In this document: positions 35,948-43,092 of the stretch, in pieces
How positions within the stretch are numbered: the first letter of the stretch is position 1
How the letters are laid out: every line of letters begins with the position of its first letter
Source of the DNA: a virus
Virus record (IMG/VR): IMGVR_UViG_3300045988_126112
Coordinates: 1 to 64,000 of that record
Strand: one strand, 5' to 3'
DNA: 64,000 nucleotides
Notes under the pieces: generated by a model
Databases searched by the model: none
Told to the model about the DNA's origin: nothing
Seen by the model: only the letters and a program-made list of their open reading frames with translations
Translations under genes and position numbers: made by a program

Positions 35948-37120
35948 ATGCATGAAATTATATTGATATTAAATTATGATAAAGACGTTAATAAAGAAAA
36001 ATTAGATCAAGTTATAAGAGAGCAAGTTTATAGTAATTATAATAAACTGTATACGAATACTGGTAAAAATAATTTACATGACTTTATTAAGCAAATAATG
36101 ATAAATGTAGTTGGAGATACATTAGTATTTCCAGATTTTATATTAACACAAGAAGATTTACAAGCATTTTATACTGTAATGAGTGGTGAGTATACTGTAA
36201 ATATTATTCAATTTATAAATAATTGGAATAAAGATAAATTAACTGCAAAAGAATATAATGATAGTGTATTCTATGCTGCTCAATATTGTGATTCAATATA
36301 TCTAGTAAATGAAGCTACAGGATTCTATAAAAATTATAGTGACCATCTTTTAGAAGCTAGATACTTATTAGATATATTATCAAATAATTTAAAACACAAT
36401 TCTAGAGTTCATGATTCAGATAAAGTATTCGATAAAGATATTAATGAATGCTATGAAAAATATTACCCTGAACTTAAGAAAATACCTTATTATGATAAAG
36501 ATGGTAATAGAAATAAAGAATATTTAGATTATGAAGATAAGTATATGAGAGAAGCTATGAGTAAACATGTTATAATTAACTCTCATCATTACTATGATTG
36601 GAAAAATAGTAGCTCAGCAACATTACTAGATTTACTTGAAGCTGTAATTGATGTATATTCTTCTATAATTATAAATACTGAAGAACCTTTAGAATTAGAA
36701 AGATTTATTGACATAGTTAAGAAAAAAGGTATGCTAATAGATATAGAAGATATGATAGCTAATACTATAAGAGAATTAGGATATAAAACTAATGAATCTT
36801 ACTTTATTAGATATAATAGATCTAAACATATAGAAAAAAGAGTGATAGATAATGATGATTATAAACATCTTAGAGGTAAAGAAGCTCTTGATTGGATAAA
36901 AGCAAAGAATGATTATTATTATGAAAACTTTGTTAAATGCTTTATATCTAATATACAATTAATTACATTTACATTTTTTGATGAAAAAACTGGAATGTTT
37001 GTTAATGAAGACCTTAAGAGTATGAATTTTTATTTCGACTTATATTATAATGAAGATGAAAATGATATTAAACTTTTTGCTACTCCGATAGATGATAGTT
37101 TGGATAGAATATTAATATAG
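35948..37120 (+). CDS. hypothetical protein
   Basis: 390-aa ORF with SD taggagga. No family recognised. Confidence 0.8.
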   Translation: MHEIILILNYDKDVNKEKLDQVIREQVYSNYNKLYTNTGKNNLHDFIKQIMINVVGDTLVFPDFILTQEDLQAFYTVMSGEYTVNIIQFINNWNKDKLTAKEYNDSVFYAAQYCDSIYLVNEATGFYKNYSDHLLEARYLLDILSNNLKHNSRVHDSDKVFDKDINECYEKYYPELKKIPYYDKDGNRNKEYLDYEDKYMREAMSKHVIINSHHYYDWKNSSSATLLDLLEAVIDVYSSIIINTEEPLELERFIDIVKKKGMLIDIEDMIANTIRELGYKTNESYFIRYNRSKHIEKRVIDNDDYKHLRGKEALDWIKAKNDYYYENFVKCFISNIQLITFTFFDEKTGMFVNEDLKSMNFYFDLYYNEDENDIKLFATPIDDSLDRILI

Positions 37121-37133
37121 GGGGAATAGATAA

Positions 37134-37400
37134 ATGAAAACAAGATTTATTTTTGATAAAAGTAAAAATGTTTGTCCTAAAGAAGTAGAAATAGATTTAG
37201 ATGAGGAAAATATAATACAAAATGTAGAATTTACAGGAGGTTGCTCTGGAAATCTAAAAATGATTTGTAAAATGATACAGGGTAAATCCAGTAAAGAGGT
37301 AATTGAATTATTTAAAGGAAATACTTGTGGAAATAAAGATACATCTTGTTGCAATGAATTAGCAGAAATACTAAAGTTAATAACTGAGGAAGGTGAATAA
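37134..37400 (+). CDS. TSCPD-domain / TIGR03905-like small Cys-rich protein
   Basis: The pattern NVCPKE...VEFTGGCSGNLKMI..MI.GKS..EVIELFKGNTCGNKDTSCCNELAEIL matches the GVCS/GGC.GN/CG.K.TSC layout of this family. Confidence 0.7.
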   Translation: MKTRFIFDKSKNVCPKEVEIDLDEENIIQNVEFTGGCSGNLKMICKMIQGKSSKEVIELFKGNTCGNKDTSCCNELAEILKLITEEGE

Positions 37401-37402
37401 AG

Positions 37403-38140
37403 ATGGCTAAAGATATGAATAATAAATTAAGAGCTGAATGTGAGCAATTAATTTATAAAGTATTCGATGCCTTAGATCCTAGCAAAACTAATTCAGATTT
37501 CTATAAAGAGAAATTTTCTAAAATGAGTAATGACCAATTTAAGAAATTTATCTCTTTAAGATTTCCATATAGATTATATTTAACTCCTTTTAAAATAGAA
37601 CCAGGAATACCAGAAGCAGAAAAAGCATTGAAAATTCTTGGTGTACCTATGTTAGAAAAGGTTGCATTACCTTACTTATATCAAGATAAAGATGGTAATC
37701 CAGTTACAAGTAAAGAATGTATGGTTGGGTATATGCATATAAAAAAGGTTCAACAATTCGTTACTAAAAAGAATGCAATGTCTGTAGATATATCTCAAAG
37801 AGATATGAAATCTGGTCTTTTACTTAGTCATGATAAAAATGGTAAAGAATCAGATAGAGAATTTGAATCTTTAACAATATATGGATTAAACAATACAATG
37901 AAAGAGTTTGGTACTGTACGTGCCGATGCTATGGATGCTAAGAACTTAGCATATAATAATATAAATACAGTTGGTAGTTTATCTTTAAAAGAATTAGACA
38001 TAGATGATAAAGATTTATTATCTAAAAATATGATGAATGTATATCTTCTTGGTGCATTAATATATTCTGATGTAATAAATGAAGATTACTATTTACCATA
38101 TACATTAGATAATAAGAAGAAAGAATTAGAAAGAAAATAG
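37403..38140 (+). CDS. hypothetical protein
   Basis: 245-aa ORF with SD gaaggtga. No family recognised. Confidence 0.8.
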   Translation: MAKDMNNKLRAECEQLIYKVFDALDPSKTNSDFYKEKFSKMSNDQFKKFISLRFPYRLYLTPFKIEPGIPEAEKALKILGVPMLEKVALPYLYQDKDGNPVTSKECMVGYMHIKKVQQFVTKKNAMSVDISQRDMKSGLLLSHDKNGKESDREFESLTIYGLNNTMKEFGTVRADAMDAKNLAYNNINTVGSLSLKELDIDDKDLLSKNMMNVYLLGALIYSDVINEDYYLPYTLDNKKKELERK

Positions 38141-38152
38141 GAGGTGTTTCTA

Positions 38153-38290
38153 ATGACTGAACAATATGGAGTTATAAATGAAGTTGGTGATTTAGGTTTA
38201 GGTTTTACTCCTCTAAGTGAATCTGAACAAAAACAACTTAAAGAAGAAGACAAAAAGAAAAAAGATAAGAAAGATAAAGAAGAAGAATAA
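38153..38290 (+). CDS. 45-aa highly charged microprotein (below the track cut-off)
   Basis: SD ggaggtg lies 6 nt upstream and a strong terminator 10 nt downstream. I hand-translated MTEQYGVINEVGDLGLGFTPLSESEQKQLKEEDKKKKDKKDKEEE. Confidence 0.55.
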   Translation: MTEQYGVINEVGDLGLGFTPLSESEQKQLKEEDKKKKDKKDKEEE

Positions 38291-38299
38291 TATATAAAA

Positions 38300-38333
38300 T
38301 CCTCAGTAGAAATACTGAGGGTTTTTATTTTTT
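38300..38333 (+). terminator. rho-independent terminator abutting the SD of the tubulin operon
   Basis: Stem tcctcagta/tactgaggg with loop gaaa, followed by tttttatttttt. The SD aggagga begins at 38333. Confidence 0.8.
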
Positions 38334-38348
38334 AGGAGGATGAGTAAT

Positions 38349-38756
38349 ATGCAATGGAATTATAGAGTTAAAAGATTACTAAAAGCTGGTGAATATAATA
38401 GAAATGGATATATAGTAGATAAAGAAAGTCTAAATAAACATTTAGATACATTAATAAAATATGGCGTTTTACATGTATTAGAACCATTTGAAAATGATGA
38501 AGAAAAGATATTTAAAAATTTAGTTACAGTACCTTTAGAAAAAATAATAGGTAGTGTTTGTGGTTATGATGATGATTATTTTTATTTAAATGATATAATC
38601 AATCCAAAATATGAAGATTGTTTAGATGAATTTTCATGTGAAATGGCTTTACTTATAGATCCAAAGAATGATTATACAAATGAAGATGGGATATTAGTAC
38701 GTAAAGTACATAGAGTATTACAATTAAGATTAATTAAAAATATAGGAGGAAAATAA
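38349..38756 (+). CDS. hypothetical protein, paralogue A (upstream of tubulin gene)
   Basis: ATG 38349 lies 9 nt after the SD. YRVKRLLKAGEYNRNGYIVDKESLNKHL aligns with FKIKRFCEAGKKNANGYIFEVESTNKCI of the next ORF. Confidence 0.75.
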   Translation: MQWNYRVKRLLKAGEYNRNGYIVDKESLNKHLDTLIKYGVLHVLEPFENDEEKIFKNLVTVPLEKIIGSVCGYDDDYFYLNDIINPKYEDCLDEFSCEMALLIDPKNDYTNEDGILVRKVHRVLQLRLIKNIGGK

Positions 38757-38757
38757 A

Positions 38758-39159
38758 ATGAGTGAATTTAAAATCAAAAGATTTTGTGAAGCAGGAAAGA
38801 AAAATGCTAATGGCTATATATTTGAAGTAGAAAGTACTAATAAATGTATAGCTGACTTCTTAGGGGAAGACTTAGTATATGTAGAAAATAAATATGATTC
38901 AGATGGTTTTGCTTTATCAAAACCAATAGAAAAAATAGGAAAATTATCAGGCTTCGACAATGAATATATTTACTGTGATAATTTAAAAGAAGAATATAGA
39001 GATAGAATTGATGATTTAGTAGCAGGATTAATAATTAATGTAGAAGCAGATGAAAACTTCAAAATCTGTGAAGGTGTAGATGCAATAGTAGTTATACCTA
39101 ATAAACTTATAGGTATAAGAGTATGGGACAAAAATAAAAAAGATGTAACAATAAATTAA
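38758..39159 (+). CDS. hypothetical protein, paralogue B
   Basis: It starts 1 nt after the previous stop. It shares the N-terminal motif and the length class (133 versus 135 aa). Confidence 0.75.
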   Translation: MSEFKIKRFCEAGKKNANGYIFEVESTNKCIADFLGEDLVYVENKYDSDGFALSKPIEKIGKLSGFDNEYIYCDNLKEEYRDRIDDLVAGLIINVEADENFKICEGVDAIVVIPNKLIGIRVWDKNKKDVTIN

Positions 39160-39188
39160 ATCATTTAAAAACTAGGAGGTAGATATTT

Positions 39189-40307
39189 ATGATATCAATT
39201 AAAGTATTAGGAATAGGAGCAGCAGGAAATAAAGCAGCTGCACAATTAATTAAAAGTGGAGTATTAGAAGAATCTTCAGTAAGATTAATAAATAGTACTC
39301 TAGGAGATGTACCAGACGAATTTCAACAAATAGCAATAGCATTAAGTTCTGTTGATGCTGGTTGTGGTAAAGAAAGATCAATGGCTAAAAACTTAGCTAT
39401 ACAAGCACTTAAAACTAACTTAGGAAGAGAGTTAGCTGAATTAATAACAGATGAAGATAGATTAGTTGTTATAACTACTTCAACTGGTGGTGGAACAGGT
39501 GCAGGTTCTTCATTAATTATAGGACAATATATACAAGAAGTATTAGGTAAAAAAGTAATGATTTATGCATTTACAGGATTTGAAGAAGATGCTAGGGAAC
39601 TTAAAAATACTGTAGAATTCTTCAAAGAAATAAATCCAAGCTTTATAGTTCAAGCTACATCAAATAAGAAATTCTTAGATGAAGCACCTAATAAATTAAA
39701 AGCAGAAGAATTAGCTAATAATGAATTCTGTAATAGAATGAATATAATTACAGGACAAGGAATAGTTAACTCTACTCAAAATATAGACGAAACTGACTTA
39801 TTCAAAATAATAACAACTCCAGGTTATATGGATGCAGGATTTATATCAATGTCTAAACTAAAAAATACTGAACAATTTAATTCAAATATAGTTAATTTCT
39901 TAGATGAAAGACATTCATTAGAAACTTCTAAATCTGCTAAAAGATTAGCTGTAGTTGTTAACTTACAAGATAAATATCAAGATTTTGTAGATTATAAATT
40001 TACTCCATTAAAAGATAGATATGGTGTTCCATTTGAAGTATTCAATCATGTACAAGATGTTCAAGAAAACTTAAGTGATTGTATATGGTTTATATCTTCA
40101 GGAATGGCTATGCCTTTAGATGAAGTACAAGAAATATATGATAAATATATAGAAGAAACAAATAAGATAAATAAAGCTCAAGATAATTTTTTTGATGTAG
40201 CTAATCAAATGGTATCTGAAGATATAGATGATATGTTTGATATAAATACTACTGCAAATAAAGCATCAACTACAAAGACAGCTGAATCATTCTTTGAAAA
40301 CTTATAA
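39189..40307 (+). CDS. tubulin/FtsZ-family GTPase (PhuZ/TubZ/FtsZ-like)
   Basis: IKVLGIGAAGNKAA (G1), TSTGGGTGAGSS (tubulin signature GGGTG.G), NIDETDLFKIITTPGYMDAGF (T7-like NxDxxD), and an acidic C-terminal tail SEDIDDMFDI. Confidence 0.85.
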   Translation: MISIKVLGIGAAGNKAAAQLIKSGVLEESSVRLINSTLGDVPDEFQQIAIALSSVDAGCGKERSMAKNLAIQALKTNLGRELAELITDEDRLVVITTSTGGGTGAGSSLIIGQYIQEVLGKKVMIYAFTGFEEDARELKNTVEFFKEINPSFIVQATSNKKFLDEAPNKLKAEELANNEFCNRMNIITGQGIVNSTQNIDETDLFKIITTPGYMDAGFISMSKLKNTEQFNSNIVNFLDERHSLETSKSAKRLAVVVNLQDKYQDFVDYKFTPLKDRYGVPFEVFNHVQDVQENLSDCIWFISSGMAMPLDEVQEIYDKYIEETNKINKAQDNFFDVANQMVSEDIDDMFDINTTANKASTTKTAESFFENL

Positions 40308-40322
40308 AAATAAAATACAATT

Positions 40323-40332
40323 ATATATTATA
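40323..40332 (+). promoter_or_regulatory. ATATATTATA promoter-like motif
   Basis: Exact 10-mer 51 nt upstream of ATG 40374. The extended match TTATATATTATA..GTGTAATAAAATAATA is shared with the 51300 copy. Confidence 0.5.
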
Positions 40333-40373
40333 AACGTGTAATAAAATAATAATATATAAAGGAGATGTTATTT

Positions 40374-41285
40374 ATGTTTGAAAGAATGATAAACAACGAT
40401 TTTTTAAAAGAGGGTATGCCATTGCCAGACCCTAAACCATTACACAAAATTACATTTTTGGATAATCCTAAACTTTATCCAGATATGTATAAAGAAAAAT
40501 TTCAAAATTTAGATGCATTAGAAGTAAATGAAATATACAATATATTGGAAGGCAGTATAAGTGTAATATTAGAAAGAGCTGCAGATAATGAAGAATTTGA
40601 AAAAGACTTATTGAAGAATGATAAAATCTTAAATATATTATTGCGTTTATTTGTTGACAATTCTTCAAAAGGTTCTTATTTAGATTATATTTCTTTGTAT
40701 AGATTCAATTCAATAGCTGTATATTGTTTTGAAAATGTACCTAATTTAGCTAATATGTATATCCAATTAGGATACTATGCTAATAAATATATGATAGACA
40801 AAATAACTCCAATAGGAGAAGTTAGTCAAGAAGATGTAACTAAAATGATGTTATATTTTCTTAGAGGTGGTGACCCATTAAGTAATATAGTAAGATTGAA
40901 TAATTATGTTATAAAACTACCTAACAAGATTATCACAGATTATTATATGCTTAGATTGTATGAAACATTATGTTCCGATTTAGGTTTAGTAGGTTTATCT
41001 GCTATAGCTAAATCAGTATTGTTTGATTTTAATATTATAACAAATGATAATGAAAATAAAAATATGAGTGCTATGATTAATGCAGTATTATCATTGATAG
41101 ACCAAAATCCATCAATAACTAGAACTGTATTACTTGATATATATAATTATGCATCAACACCATTAAATGGAAAATACAGAGGTATGAGAATTAGTTTATC
41201 TAAAGGATTATCTCCAAGTGAATTTCCAATGTTATGTCAAACAATAAATTTATTGATGATGCAAGAACAAATATACTTACCATAA
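40374..41285 (+). CDS. hypothetical helical protein downstream of tubulin
   Basis: ATG 40374 is preferred because the track ATG at 40365 abuts the SD aaaggag. No family recognised. Confidence 0.75.
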   Translation: MFERMINNDFLKEGMPLPDPKPLHKITFLDNPKLYPDMYKEKFQNLDALEVNEIYNILEGSISVILERAADNEEFEKDLLKNDKILNILLRLFVDNSSKGSYLDYISLYRFNSIAVYCFENVPNLANMYIQLGYYANKYMIDKITPIGEVSQEDVTKMMLYFLRGGDPLSNIVRLNNYVIKLPNKIITDYYMLRLYETLCSDLGLVGLSAIAKSVLFDFNIITNDNENKNMSAMINAVLSLIDQNPSITRTVLLDIYNYASTPLNGKYRGMRISLSKGLSPSEFPMLCQTINLLMMQEQIYLP

Positions 41286-41358
41286 AAAATAATATGAATG
41301 TAACATATAAGTATATAGAAATACTTATGTTTACTTTCTCTTTATAAATAAATGGTTG

Positions 41359-41394
41359 ATATAGAGCTGTTAATTCAGCTCTATATTTTTTTTT
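41359..41394 (+). terminator. rho-independent terminator
   Basis: Stem atatagagctg/cagctctatat with loop ttaatt, followed by a 9-T run. Confidence 0.85.
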
Positions 41395-41410
41395 CAGGAG
41401 GTGTAATATT

Positions 41411-41776
41411 ATGAAATTAAAGAAATTATTAGTTCCAGTTATATTAGCAGGTTGTTTACTTACAGGCTGTCAAAAACCTGTATATGATAAACGATTTGCA
41501 GATGAAGTAAAAATAACTTATATGGAGTATAAACCATCAGAATATAAAATGCGATATAACCCAGCTACAAAATCTTGGGTTCCTTATCATACTGATGAAG
41601 AATATCTTGTAGAAGTAAAATATGATAAAGATGGACACAGAACATATTTTTATGATAAATATAGCTATGAAGCTGTTAAAGATAAAAAAATAGGTGATAA
41701 TGTAAAAGCTTTAGTTCATGTATATGTTTATGAAGATAGTACAGCTTCATATACAATAGAAAGTTTAAAAAAATAG
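41411..41776 (+). CDS. lipoprotein
   Basis: Signal peptide MKLKKLLVPVILAGC with lipobox L-A-G-C. SD caggaggtg. Confidence 0.75.
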   Translation: MKLKKLLVPVILAGCLLTGCQKPVYDKRFADEVKITYMEYKPSEYKMRYNPATKSWVPYHTDEEYLVEVKYDKDGHRTYFYDKYSYEAVKDKKIGDNVKALVHVYVYEDSTASYTIESLKK

Positions 41777-41788
41777 GAGGATGATATT

Positions 41789-43030
41789 ATGTCATTATTA
41801 GTACAATCATTTAGAGAAAAAGTTAGTAAAGAAAAAGATATTAGAAAGAAAGATGAATCAAAACCTATGACTTGTTATAGTACAGGATTCTTAGGATTTG
41901 ATATGAGAAATGGTTCAATTCAATATGGTAAAAGAGATGGTAAAGAGTATAAGTATATATCTGCAGGAATAGTAGATGGTACTTATAATATGATTATAGG
42001 AGGTACTGGTACAGGTAAAACAACATTTGTTTTACAAGCATCAGGAAATATAGTCAGACCATTTGAAAACTCTGCTATATTCTTAGATGATGCTGAAGCC
42101 GCATCATCTGCAGTAGTTAGTAGAAACCAACAATTATTAGGAATATATGACCCAGAAGAATATAAAAGAAAAGTAATAGCTAGAAATACTGGTATAACAG
42201 CTGAAAATCTATATGAAAGAATAGTAATGATACATGATATGAAATTAGCTGAACCAGATAAATATATGTATGATACTGGTCAATATGATATGTTTGGAGA
42301 AAAGATATATAAACTTCAACCAACAGTATATATACTAGATTCATTAATGCAATTAATGCCTGATGCAGTTACAGAAGAAGAGTCTTTATCAGGACAAATG
42401 AGTGTAACTTCAACAGCTAAAACAAATGCAGCTATATTTAGAAGAATAATACCTAAATTAAAAGCAGCTAATATAATCTTATTTGTAATAAATCATATAT
42501 TAGAAGACGTTAATATATCTATCTTTAAGAAAAAACCAGATGTTCCATATCTTAAACAAGGTGAACGTCTTCCAGGTGGTAAAACAATACCATACTTAGC
42601 AAATAATTTAATAAGATTTGATTTATCTAGTAAGTTGAAATCTGATGAAGGATTCTATATAGATGGTCATATAGTATCTATATCATTCAATAAATCTAGA
42701 TCTAATAAAGCAGGTAAATCTGTAAATATGGTATTTGACCAAGAAAGAGGATATGACTATGATTTATCATTATATCTTTTACTTAAAGAAAATAAACGTA
42801 TTAAAGGAGCAGGAGCTTATCTATATCTAGAAAGCTGTCCAACTATAAAATTTGCTCAAAAACAATTTAAAGAAAAACTTATGCAGCATCCTGAACTTCA
42901 AGATGCTTTTAATAAAGAAGTAGCACCTTTACTAATGGAAATGGTATCTGAAGTTACAGAAGAAGAATCAGAGAGAAGTGTTGTTAGTAAAAACTTATTC
43001 AGCATGATGAATGATGAATTAACAGCATAA
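41789..43030 (+). CDS. uvsX: UvsX/RecA-family recombinase
   Basis: Walker A GGTGTGKTTF and Walker B VYILDSL. The layout SGQMSVTSTAKTNAAIFRRIIPKLKAANIILFVINH...PGGKTIPYLA...FNKSRSNKAG parallels T4 UvsX (recalled from memory, not searched). Confidence 0.7.
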   Translation: MSLLVQSFREKVSKEKDIRKKDESKPMTCYSTGFLGFDMRNGSIQYGKRDGKEYKYISAGIVDGTYNMIIGGTGTGKTTFVLQASGNIVRPFENSAIFLDDAEAASSAVVSRNQQLLGIYDPEEYKRKVIARNTGITAENLYERIVMIHDMKLAEPDKYMYDTGQYDMFGEKIYKLQPTVYILDSLMQLMPDAVTEEESLSGQMSVTSTAKTNAAIFRRIIPKLKAANIILFVINHILEDVNISIFKKKPDVPYLKQGERLPGGKTIPYLANNLIRFDLSSKLKSDEGFYIDGHIVSISFNKSRSNKAGKSVNMVFDQERGYDYDLSLYLLLKENKRIKGAGAYLYLESCPTIKFAQKQFKEKLMQHPELQDAFNKEVAPLLMEMVSEVTEEESERSVVSKNLFSMMNDELTA

Positions 43031-43032
43031 TC

Positions 43033-43042
43033 ATATATTATA
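43033..43042 (+). promoter_or_regulatory. ATATATTATA promoter-like motif
   Basis: Exact 10-mer 60 nt upstream of ATG 43093. The hairpin 43042-43069 lies between the motif and the SD. Confidence 0.4.
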
Positions 43043-43074
43043 TGAGTGATAGAGAAATCTATCACTCATCTTTA
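43042..43074 (+). terminator. hairpin (weak terminator or leader structure)
   Basis: An 11-bp stem atgagtgatag/ctatcactcat with loop agaaat. Only cttt follows. Confidence 0.45.
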
Positions 43075-43092
43075 AGGTAGGAGGATAGTAAT

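Noticed and set aside
33583-41285. Looked for a chimallin-like nuclear-shell protein or RNAP beta-prime fragments among the large orphans (33583-34764, 35948-37120, 37403-38140, 40374-41285), because tubulin and a split RNAP co-occur.
   Set aside because: None has the NADFDGD or other beta-prime motifs. All are shorter than the ~600-aa shell proteins I know of. I cannot recognise chimallin by eye, so no claim is made.
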